Part shown: positions 39,083 through 47,349 of the stretch, piece after piece
Position numbering within the stretch: the first letter of the stretch is position 1
Layout: every line of letters begins with the position of its first letter
Source of the DNA: an uncultured Granulosicoccaceae bacterium
GTDB lineage: Bacteria > Pseudomonadota > Gammaproteobacteria > Granulosicoccales > Granulosicoccaceae
Assembly (NCBI GenBank): GCA_938007995.1
Contig: CALLLW010000012.1
Coordinates: 47,379 to 111,378, forward strand
Length of the DNA: 64,000 nt
Direction: 5' to 3'
Made by a program: the position numbers and the translations under genes
The notes under the pieces: generated by a model
Told to the model about the DNA's origin: nothing
Seen by the model: only the letters and a program-made list of their open reading frames with translations
Databases searched by the model: none

Positions 39083-40267
39083 TTATTCAAGCGGCAGACC
39101 GACATAGTTCTCGGCAATGGTTTTAGAGGCAGCTTCAGATGAGGCAATGTAATCAAACTCGGCTCGCTGCATGCGTTTTTCAAACGGTGAATTATCGGGA
39201 AACTGATGCATTAGTTTTGAAAGCTGCCATGAAAAGCGTTCAACTTTCCAGACCCGGTTAAGCACACTGCTTGAGTAGTTATCAAGATAGTCATCCTTAC
39301 CGGCATTATAGTGTTCAATGAGCCCTCTTGATAACAGTCGTATATCTGCAACCGCCAGGTTCAGTCCCTTAGCACCTGTAGGCGGTACAATATGCGCCGC
39401 ATCACCAGCGAGGAACAAATTACCATAACGCATCGGCTCTGCAACAAAAGATCGCAACGGTGCCACGGATTTTTCAAATGAATCACCGGTTTGCAGTTTT
39501 GCCGCAGTTTCCGGCCCCAGACGCAAAGCGAACTCCTGCCAGAAACGTTCGTCAGGCCAGTCGCTGACCTTATCATTGATATCACACTGCACATAGTAGC
39601 GGCTACGCGTTTCGGAACGCATTGATGCTAACGCAAATCCGTGCTCATGATTGGCGTAGATCAGCTCATCACTGACCGGTGGCTGATCAACCAGAATACC
39701 CAGCCAGCCAAAAGGATATTCACGCTCGAAAGTTCGCAACACAACAGCCGGTATTGCACTTCGTGACACACCATGGTAGCCATCACAGCCAGCCACATAA
39801 TCGCAGCAGACGTTATGCTTTTCCCCATCCATCATGAATTGCACTGACGGGTTGGCGGATTTCAGGTCGTGCAGTACAACCTCCTCAACGTCAAAGCAGA
39901 ACTGCTGACCCGCAGAATAGCGGGCATCAAAAAGATCTTTAGTGACTTCCGTCTGCCCGTACACAGTGACAGATTTTCCGGTAAGACCGACAAGATCTAT
40001 TCGATGACGCGCACCGTCAAAAGCCAGATCAAAACCTTCATGAGGTATACCTTCAGCATGCAGACGCGATGCGACACCCGCCTCTTCAAGTGCCGCGACC
40101 GTGCCGGATTCAAGTACCCCTGCTCTGACCCTGCTTTCTATGTAGCTGCGATTTTTGCGATCCAGCAGGATTGAATCAACTCCGGCATTGGCAAGTAACT
40201 GAGCCAGCAACAACCCGCTCGGCCCCGAGCCAACAATACATACCTGCGTCTTAAGCGTTTTAGTCAT
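39083..40267 (-). CDS. pobA: 4-hydroxybenzoate 3-monooxygenase
   Basis: A start at the ATG at 40267 gives 394 aa (MTKTLKTQVCIVGSGPSGLLLAQLL...), with FLAGDAAHIVPPTGAKGLN. This is the canonical PobA length and motif set. Confidence 0.9.
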   Translation of the reverse strand: MTKTLKTQVCIVGSGPSGLLLAQLLANAGVDSILLDRKNRSYIESRVRAGVLESGTVAALEEAGVASRLHAEGIPHEGFDLAFDGARHRIDLVGLTGKSVTVYGQTEVTKDLFDARYSAGQQFCFDVEEVVLHDLKSANPSVQFMMDGEKHNVCCDYVAGCDGYHGVSRSAIPAVVLRTFEREYPFGWLGILVDQPPVSDELIYANHEHGFALASMRSETRSRYYVQCDINDKVSDWPDERFWQEFALRLGPETAAKLQTGDSFEKSVAPLRSFVAEPMRYGNLFLAGDAAHIVPPTGAKGLNLAVADIRLLSRGLIEHYNAGKDDYLDNYSSSVLNRVWKVERFSWQLSKLMHQFPDNSPFEKRMQRAEFDYIASSEAASKTIAENYVGLPLE

Positions 40268-40270
40268 ACG

Positions 40271-40792
40271 TTTACCACACACTCACGAAATAGAGCGACA
40301 AAGCCGGCAACAGTATCAGCACTGCCACCCTTAGAAGCTCGATAGTAAAAATGGTAATACGCCACAAAAAATCGTACCCGGTGGTGTGTCTGGCGAGACC
40401 GACCTAATAACAAATACGTTACGCCCGACCGGTGGTGTAATGAGCCCGAGCTCTACCGCAATCAACGCCAGTATACCAAACCAGATTCTCAGCTGATCAG
40501 TCGACTTACCAAAAGCCGCAGACTCTGCACTGACAAAGTCACCGCGGTTGAGTTGAATTAACACCCCCGGAAGAACGGTACCACAACCAGTATCATCGAC
40601 AGACTTTCCATAAAGCAACCCAACACCATAAGCACAATGAGCATTGACAGTAGAATCATGTAGGGGTCCATGGCAGATGATTTGCAGGATCAAAATCCGC
40701 TTCGTCCAACAACACACAAAGAGCCCAGAGGCAGGCACGATCCACAGATTGACACCTTCTGCAATCTTCTCGAAAAAACTTTGCTTTGCCAT
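40271..40792 (-). pseudogene. frameshifted 3' remnant of a TRAP transporter large permease gene (dctM-like)
   Basis: DctM-like C-terminal segments sit in three different minus-strand frames: DPYMILLSMLIVLMVLGCFMESLSMILVVVPFF, WFGILALIAVELGLITPPVGRNVFVIRSV...GVLPFLL, and LRVAVLILLPALSLYFVSVW-stop (stop at 40271). No N-terminal two-thirds and no dctQ or dctP are visible. Confidence 0.65.
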
Positions 40793-41102
40793 GGCCAGTC
40801 TCTGACTATGCAGAGAAGATTGGCATATCTACACCACATCCGACTCGATTGTGCGGCAATGAACTCGGCTCACTACCGAATGATCTGGTTTGTCAAAGAC
40901 GCATGCTTGAAGCCACACGATAGCTCGATCACACCGCTTTATCAGTTGCAGAAATTGCACATCGTTGTGGCTTTCGCGATGCGGCTTTTTTTAGCAGATC
41001 GTTTAAAGCAAGCCTCGGTATTCCTCCCAATCAATAGCGCAAGCAGCTTGATCGGTAATTGTTTTATTTAGCCCTGTTTTAGTTAATTGCCGCGATCTTT
41101 TT

Positions 41103-41984
41103 TCAAGACCAGTAGAGTCGCATCGGATTATCTACCAGCAACTTCTGCTGCTTCTCAGCGGTATCTGCAATCAACGGAATCAACTCCAGCAATTGTCCAT
41201 CGTCAGGCATGTGATTTTTCATATTCGGGTGCGGCCAGTCGGTACCCCACAACACCTGATCAGGATAAGTATCTACAACGCATTTCATGAACGGCACAAC
41301 ATCAGAGTAATCCATATGACTACCACCCTGCGTAGTCAGCCGCTCAGGGCATGAGACCTTCGACCAGAATTTATCGTCTGCCAGTAAATCCATAAACTGC
41401 CTGAAGTCCGGGTGATCAATGCCCTTGCTGATATCAGGCCGCGCCATATGATCAAACACTACGGTCACAGGCAGGCTTTTCAAAAACGGGATTTGATCGG
41501 CGAAGTCTTCAGCCTCGATATATACAATAATATGCCAGCCCAGAGGTGCTATCTTGTCAACGATCTTCTGATAATGTTCCTGAGGTTTGGGATCTACCAG
41601 CCGACGCACAAAGTTAAACCGTACCGCTCGCACTCCTGCCTCATGCATTAACTGCAACTCTTCAACAGTGATTGAATCATCGACCACAGCAACACCACGC
41701 GCAAGCTCACCTGCAGAGCGCAATCCATCAAGCAGTGCATCATTATTTTTTCCATGACATGACGCCTGCACAATCACGTTGCGCTCCAGTCCCAAATGAT
41801 CACGCAAAGCAATCAAGTCATCTTTGGACCCGGTACATGGTGTGTATTTGCGCTCAGGAGAATACGGAAAAACTTCTTCAGGCCCGAATATATGACAGTG
41901 CGCATCCACCGCCCCTTCCGGGGGTATATATTGCGGCCTTCGTGGATTGCGATGCCACACCATCCAGTCGGAATCCATCGGCAT
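41103..41984 (-). CDS. ligI: 2-pyrone-4,6-dicarboxylate hydrolase (amidohydrolase family)
   Basis: 293 aa. It carries GAVDAHCHIFGP (HxH) and the ..WGTDWPHP.. C-terminal motif. Length and motifs fit LigI. It is adjacent to the PCA 4,5-cleavage operon. Confidence 0.7.
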   Translation of the reverse strand: MPMDSDWMVWHRNPRRPQYIPPEGAVDAHCHIFGPEEVFPYSPERKYTPCTGSKDDLIALRDHLGLERNVIVQASCHGKNNDALLDGLRSAGELARGVAVVDDSITVEELQLMHEAGVRAVRFNFVRRLVDPKPQEHYQKIVDKIAPLGWHIIVYIEAEDFADQIPFLKSLPVTVVFDHMARPDISKGIDHPDFRQFMDLLADDKFWSKVSCPERLTTQGGSHMDYSDVVPFMKCVVDTYPDQVLWGTDWPHPNMKNHMPDDGQLLELIPLIADTAEKQQKLLVDNPMRLYWS

Positions 41985-42190
41985 GCGCTTGCCTCCTGTC
42001 TTATGTAAAGCGAAGATTGTACGTGAGCATCAGTACCTGATTCCACTGTGGTAGTAAAGATAGTAACAAGCACAAAAGCTTAAGCACCTACCTTAAGGAT
42101 GGAACGGGAGAATCAGCTAATCTCAGTTTACGGGAGTCACCCTTACAGGCACGCTCGCAAGCGAATAAATTGTGCTGTTGACACCCGTAG

Positions 42191-42610
42191 TTACCGGCCC
42201 GGTAATTTCAAAAGACTGCACTTATCTGCGAGTGAGTTGAGCAAGCTGATCATTTCAAGTCTGGCAAGGTTCATCCCTAAACACGCGTGCACTCCCGCAC
42301 CGAACCCCACATGCCCGGTTGTTTTACGCGACTCATCATGCTGCGGCGGATCGGAGTTAAGGCTACTGCCGATAAGAACCTTGTTAATTTCGTCATCTAC
42401 CGAGACACCTTTGGCGGAACTGAACACCTGATGATTCCGCAAGCTCGACACCAGCGCTTCATGCCCGCAAATTGCGTGCATATCATTTCTCTCAAGCCAC
42501 ACCACCGTACCAAGATCAAGCATCTGATGATAGACAGGCACAGGTTTACGGATGGTAGATTCAGCGTAAAAGTCGATTTCACATATTGGTGCGGCTTGCG
42601 TTTTTTTCAT
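42191..42610 (-). pseudogene. cytochrome P450 remnant with a large in-frame internal deletion
   Basis: This 139-aa ORF joins a P450 N-terminal region (..LNSDPPQHDESRK..) directly to the Cys-ligand loop and L-helix (HVGFGAGVHACLGMNLARLE). The I-helix and K-helix (ExxR) regions are absent. Confidence 0.65.
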
Positions 42611-42691
42611 CAGTGACAGACTCTGAGACTAGGCCTGAAGTCGTACATGCAAACAACCTGATCAGGACACCTCATCCAGACGAATGGATCA

Positions 42692-43066
42692 TTAATCGTA
42701 GGTCTTGTGATAGCTGCGCCGCACCCCTGCGCGTTGCACCACCACACCGGTAATTTCACTTAAATCAGCGGCAGTTGCCTGGACTGGATAATTCGAATTC
42801 AGCGGGGTCAGCATCCAGCCGCTTTCACTTTGCTGTAGCTGCCTGAACAACATCTCGTCTGGTTTTTCAGCGACGACAAAGCTGCCTCGCGTAGCGTGCC
42901 CGGTCGGGTCAATCAAAATAATACAGCCGCTCTTGAACTCAGGCTCCATGCTGTCATCAAGCACCTGCAAGGCAAATGGCTCAGCGTCTGTACAGGTGGT
43001 TGGCTCATCGCTCAGCTCAATAGAGACGGGTTTGTTTTTGAAAAACCTGACCTCTTTTTCACTCAT
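42692..43066 (-). CDS. stand-alone S24 (LexA/UmuD C-terminal domain-like) protein
   Basis: 124 aa from the internal ATG at 43066. It carries FALQVLDDSMEPEF, where the Ser sits in the GDSM-like motif, and has UmuD-like length and beta-strand pattern. There is no HTH domain. Confidence 0.55.
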   Translation of the reverse strand: MSEKEVRFFKNKPVSIELSDEPTTCTDAEPFALQVLDDSMEPEFKSGCIILIDPTGHATRGSFVVAEKPDEMLFRQLQQSESGWMLTPLNSNYPVQATAADLSEITGVVVQRAGVRRSYHKTYD

Positions 43067-43353
43067 TCGCCTACACCAAAGATTAACCACACAATAAAGC
43101 ACTGCACATAAAACTTACTGCAGTGTCAGTATACTTGTGATCCGGAAATCCCACTAGAAAATTACCTGATGATGATAGCGTGATTCACTCAATGACAGAT
43201 ATCCAGCTACCACGCACTCCGAGTGCAATTTGCATCGTTTGCTAACCGGCTTTCAAAAAACTGTTCCGGAAAGCAGAATCTACGCTACTGATTCAAGCCA
43301 CAAACGGTACAATCCAAACACCCTACAGAACGCGCCTTGTAAACTCCAGTACT

Positions 43354-44454
43354 ATGGATCTGCTTCAAACCACATTAAATATTGCCGACCGACCTTGCGT
43401 AGTGGTTGGCGATACCGCTCAGGCACTGTTGCTGGCAAACTGGCTGATTCAGCATCAGGCAATTGTTACTGTATTCGGCAACGCGCCATCTTCACAGGCG
43501 CCACATGCTAGATTGAGCTTTACTTCAAAACCTGTCAGTGATGCAGACATTGATCAATGCTGGCTGGTTGTCGCAGCTAGTAATGATAAAGCAGTTAACA
43601 GCAAAATCAGCGCAATGTGTTATGCCAGAAAGTGCTTCTGTTACACAGTTGATGATCCGCAACTCAGCAGCTGGCAGATAAACCACCAGCAGCCATCCCA
43701 CGGGCGTGTCGCTCTGGTAGGTGCAGGCCCGGGTGATCCCGAGCTACTGACTCTACGCGCTCTGCGACTAATCCGACAGGCTGACGTGATTGTCTATGAC
43801 CGACTGGTCAGTGAAGCTATCATGAGCTGTTGCAACCCTGCCGCTGAACTGATTTATGCAGGCAAGGCAAAGTCAGATCACGCCTTGCCGCAGGAAAGTA
43901 TTAATCAGTTGTTGGTCAGACTGGCACAGCGACCGGCAAATGTCGTGCGGCTTAAAGGCGGTGATCCGTTTATTTTTGGTCGCGGTGGTGAGGAAATAGA
44001 AACGCTGGCAGAGAATCAGGTACCGTTCGAAGTGGTGCCCGGCATCACAGCTGGTAGTGGCTGTGCTGCATTTGCGGGCATACCATTAACCCATCGTGAC
44101 TATGCACAAGCTTGTGTCTTTGTTACCGGACACCTTCGTGATGGCGAGATAAATCTGGAATGGGAACATCTGGCCACACCATACCAGACAGTGGTTGTAT
44201 ACATGAGCCTTACCGGTCTGGATAAAATTTGTGCAGCGCTTATTCGCCATGGACGCGCACCGGATACACCCGCCGCTCTGGTACAGCAGGGCACTCACCC
44301 GGAGCAGAAGGTGTACACCGGCACCATTGCAGATCTGCCAGCGTTGATCGCGAAAAGTGAAGTCAGCGCACCAACACTGCTAATTATTGGTGAAGTCGTG
44401 CAGCTGCGGGATAAATTAAACTGGTTTACCAGTGAGGCGAGTACGTCGAGTTGA
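43354..44454 (+). CDS. cobA: uroporphyrinogen-III C-methyltransferase with a short, degenerate CysG-N-like N-terminal extension
   Basis: 366 aa. The C-terminal roughly 250 aa form a SUMT domain ([42 protein letters not shown]). The N-terminal roughly 110 aa resemble the CysG Rossmann part, but VVVGDTAQA replaces the Gly-rich motif. Confidence 0.75.
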   Translation: MDLLQTTLNIADRPCVVVGDTAQALLLANWLIQHQAIVTVFGNAPSSQAPHARLSFTSKPVSDADIDQCWLVVAASNDKAVNSKISAMCYARKCFCYTVDDPQLSSWQINHQQPSHGRVALVGAGPGDPELLTLRALRLIRQADVIVYDRLVSEAIMSCCNPAAELIYAGKAKSDHALPQESINQLLVRLAQRPANVVRLKGGDPFIFGRGGEEIETLAENQVPFEVVPGITAGSGCAAFAGIPLTHRDYAQACVFVTGHLRDGEINLEWEHLATPYQTVVVYMSLTGLDKICAALIRHGRAPDTPAALVQQGTHPEQKVYTGTIADLPALIAKSEVSAPTLLIIGEVVQLRDKLNWFTSEASTSS

Positions 44455-44472
44455 TTCAGGGTATGTTGAGCT

Positions 44473-45972
44473 CTAACCCTCTGCGCTAAACACCAATGCA
44501 TCACCGACAAGTTGATGCAAACTGATGATTTGATCCATCTCAAAACCATAGTACGGCAGCACTTTCGCAAACTGACTTTTACAAATAGCGCAAATAGCTG
44601 CCATGTGGGTAATGTGATGCTTATCATTCACCTGCTTAAGCGCCTGCATCCGAGGTAGCGCGCCTTTCACCCGCAGCTCTAATAGATCGTCAGTTAAAAG
44701 TCCACCGCCACCACCACAGCAGAAGGTGGCCTCCTTAGTTGTGTTGCGCGGCATCTCATAAAAATAATTGCAGCTCGCATTAATCACATCACGCGGTATG
44801 CTGAACTGCCCGCCGGGCTTTGACCCCATACGCGAGGCTCGAGCCACATTGCAGGAGTCATGATACGTTACGCGCTTTGCATCGTTAGCTGACCTATCAA
44901 GCCTTAGTCGCCCCTGCTCTATCAGATCATGTGTAACTTCCACCATATGCTGCGGCAATGGATAGCGACGATCAAGAAAATCAAACGGCCCGGCCAGTTT
45001 ATCCAGATGATTATAAGCAACCCGCCAGGCATGTCCGCACTCACCAAACACGATTCGTTTGACCCCGAGCTCTTGAGCTGCTTCACGAATGCGGATCGCG
45101 ATCTTTTGCATGTTGCCCATGCTGCCGGTAAACAAACCAAAGTTTGCCGCCTCTGATGCGTGCGACGACAGGGTCCAGCTGATACCTGCCTGATGAAACA
45201 CTTTGGCATAACCAATCAGTCCATCGACATGAGGTTCGGCAAAAAAATCTGCTGATGGGGTTACCAACAATACCTCAGCACCAGCTACATCCAGTGGCAG
45301 CTTTACCGGCACATTGATATCGTCGAGAAGATCTTCCTCAAGGCCTTCCAGCGTATCTGCAAGCGCAGGCGCAGGCAAGCCAAGGTTATTGCCCAGCTTG
45401 TGGACTTTGCCGATAATCTCTGTGCAATACTTTTGACTCTTGCCAATGGTCTGCATGATGTCGCGTGCCGCCATTGACACTTCGGACGTATCAATACCAA
45501 ACGGACAATACACTGAGCACCTGCGACACTGTGAGCATTGATGATAATAGGTATACCATTTATCGAGCATCTGCTCGTCAAGATCCTCAGCACCAACCAG
45601 CTTAGGCAGGTACTTACCCGCCAGCGTGTAGTGACGTTTATACACTGAGCGCAACAGATCCTGCCGTGCAACCGGCATATTGTTTTTATCACCGGTACCC
45701 AGAAAGTAATGACACTTATCAGTGCATGCACCGCACTTAACGCAGGTATCCATATAAACTCTCAATGCACGAGAGTTATTGACCATGTCACCAAGCTTGT
45801 TAATCGCCACTTCCTGCCAGTTGTCGATCAACTCTTCAGGATAACCCAGCGCTAGATTCAGCTCCGGCTTTGAAATAAACGGCTTGCTGTGTGCCATTGT
45901 GCCGTCTTTTACTTTTGGCACCTCTAGCGAGTCATTAAGCTCGGGTACTCTAAAGTCAGGCTTTTTACTCAT
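44473..45972 (-). CDS. dsrK: DsrK/HdrD-like iron-sulfur (CCG-domain) protein
   Basis: 499 aa. It has two ferredoxin-type clusters (CVKCGACTDKC, CSQCRRCSVYC) and CCG-domain cysteines (YHDSCNVAR, FCCGGGGG). It overlaps the upstream membrane cytochrome gene by 8 nt. Confidence 0.7.
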   Translation of the reverse strand: MSKKPDFRVPELNDSLEVPKVKDGTMAHSKPFISKPELNLALGYPEELIDNWQEVAINKLGDMVNNSRALRVYMDTCVKCGACTDKCHYFLGTGDKNNMPVARQDLLRSVYKRHYTLAGKYLPKLVGAEDLDEQMLDKWYTYYHQCSQCRRCSVYCPFGIDTSEVSMAARDIMQTIGKSQKYCTEIIGKVHKLGNNLGLPAPALADTLEGLEEDLLDDINVPVKLPLDVAGAEVLLVTPSADFFAEPHVDGLIGYAKVFHQAGISWTLSSHASEAANFGLFTGSMGNMQKIAIRIREAAQELGVKRIVFGECGHAWRVAYNHLDKLAGPFDFLDRRYPLPQHMVEVTHDLIEQGRLRLDRSANDAKRVTYHDSCNVARASRMGSKPGGQFSIPRDVINASCNYFYEMPRNTTKEATFCCGGGGGLLTDDLLELRVKGALPRMQALKQVNDKHHITHMAAICAICKSQFAKVLPYYGFEMDQIISLHQLVGDALVFSAEG

Positions 45973-46729
45973 GACCTGCTCCTGTACTTACATCTTTGGT
46001 GCTTCGACTTTCTATTGCCCGCGGATCAAGGTTCCGTTCACGCGAATCATCCACCTGATTGCGAGACGGACTAAAAAACAAACCCGGCGCATGCAGTAAT
46101 TTGGAAAAAGGAAAGATAATCATAAGAACAGCGACAAGTAACAAATGTACAAACAGCGTAAAGCCACCTGGAAACGATTGAAACTGCAGCGACAAAACAC
46201 CTGCAATAAACTGCTTAAGTAAGACGATATCCGGATACCAGAAATACCGCATTAGCAAGCCGCTTGCTGCAATCGACAACAACAGCACCAGCATCAGGTA
46301 ATCAGAGGGCGCTGAGATCACCCGCACTCTGTCCACCACTACCCGTAGCACCAGCAAACCGGTAAGCCCTGTGACCATTGCAAAACTTGCGTACTTGACA
46401 ACAGGCACCAATAACCAGATCCAGCTCCACACAGGATCGGTAAAAAACTGCAGATGGTATAGCAACACGACAAGCAGACCAGCATGGAACAACCAGCTCA
46501 ACAGCCAGGTAACTTTTGCAGCTTTAAAAAGGCTTTGAAAAACCAGCACCTCTTTAGTTAATCGCCACACCACACCAATACGACTGGTGGGTGCCGGTGT
46601 GGTTGGTATTTTTAACGGTGCCGGTGTCGAATAGTATTGGTAGATTTTTCTGCCGGTACCAAAGATAAAAACCAGGCCGGCTATGATCAGTAGAATACTC
46701 ATTACGACGACTTCACCGGTTTCAGGCAC
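45965..46729 (-). CDS. dsrM: DsrM/NarI-like membrane di-heme cytochrome b
   Basis: About 245-254 aa with 5-6 TM segments, conserved His residues in the TM segments (LFHAGLL, LYHLQ, FVHLLL) and FPFSKLLH. The start is either the GTG at 46729 or the ATG at 46702. Confidence 0.65.
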   Translation of the reverse strand: MPETGEVVVMSILLIIAGLVFIFGTGRKIYQYYSTPAPLKIPTTPAPTSRIGVVWRLTKEVLVFQSLFKAAKVTWLLSWLFHAGLLVVLLYHLQFFTDPVWSWIWLLVPVVKYASFAMVTGLTGLLVLRVVVDRVRVISAPSDYLMLVLLLSIAASGLLMRYFWYPDIVLLKQFIAGVLSLQFQSFPGGFTLFVHLLLVAVLMIIFPFSKLLHAPGLFFSPSRNQVDDSRERNLDPRAIESRSTKDVSTGAGHE

Positions 46730-46764
46730 ATAAGCCTTACAAATCTACTTTGCAAAGCTTCTTA

Positions 46765-47103
46765 CTACACACAGCCGGTAGGCTTTGGCAAACCTGCATA
46801 CTTGCAGGCCTGCTTCGCAGGACCTTGCGGGTATAAGTCATACAGGTATTTGGCGTTGCCGTACTCTTTACCCAGCTTTTTGCCAATGGCTTTTGTCAGA
46901 ATACGCACCGCTGGCGCGATTTCGTATTCTTCATAATATTCACGTAAAAAATTGATCACAGCCCAGTGGCTGTCAGTCAGTTCGCAATCGTCTATTGCAG
47001 CCATAGCGAGCGCCACATCAGGCGCCCAGTCTGAATGCTGTTCAAGGTAACCTTCTTCATCAGTGGCAAGGGTTCTGCCACCAACTTCAATGCTGTCGGA
47101 CAT
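46765..47103 (-). CDS. dsrC: DsrC-type sulfur relay protein (TusE/DsrC/DsvC family, both C-terminal cysteines present)
   Basis: 112 aa. The C-terminus is PAKQACKYAGLPKPTGCV. It has the penultimate Cys plus a second Cys 11 residues upstream, which is the DsrC rather than the TusE pattern. Confidence 0.8.
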   Translation of the reverse strand: MSDSIEVGGRTLATDEEGYLEQHSDWAPDVALAMAAIDDCELTDSHWAVINFLREYYEEYEIAPAVRILTKAIGKKLGKEYGNAKYLYDLYPQGPAKQACKYAGLPKPTGCV

Positions 47104-47349
47104 AGTTTTCCTGCTGAAGTGAACCGCGGCAGGATTGAATCAGTCGGCGCTGTATAGCCGGTACCCTGCTCCGCTTTGGATCACTCTATCACGAAAGAAA
47201 AACCGCGCAATAAAAGCTTGGAAACCTTACGCAACCCGCAATTGCTGCAGGCCGGATTTGACGAATTAAAAGCTGCAAAACCTCATTGCAAATCTGTGAG
47301 TTGTGGCCCCGGCACCGGGTGCATGCCGGGGCCTCAATAACCAGCCTTA

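Noticed and set aside
40670-41071. 133-aa plus-strand ORF
   Set aside because: It is antisense to, or flanks, the dctM remnant. It has no motifs, and the region is better explained as decayed DNA.
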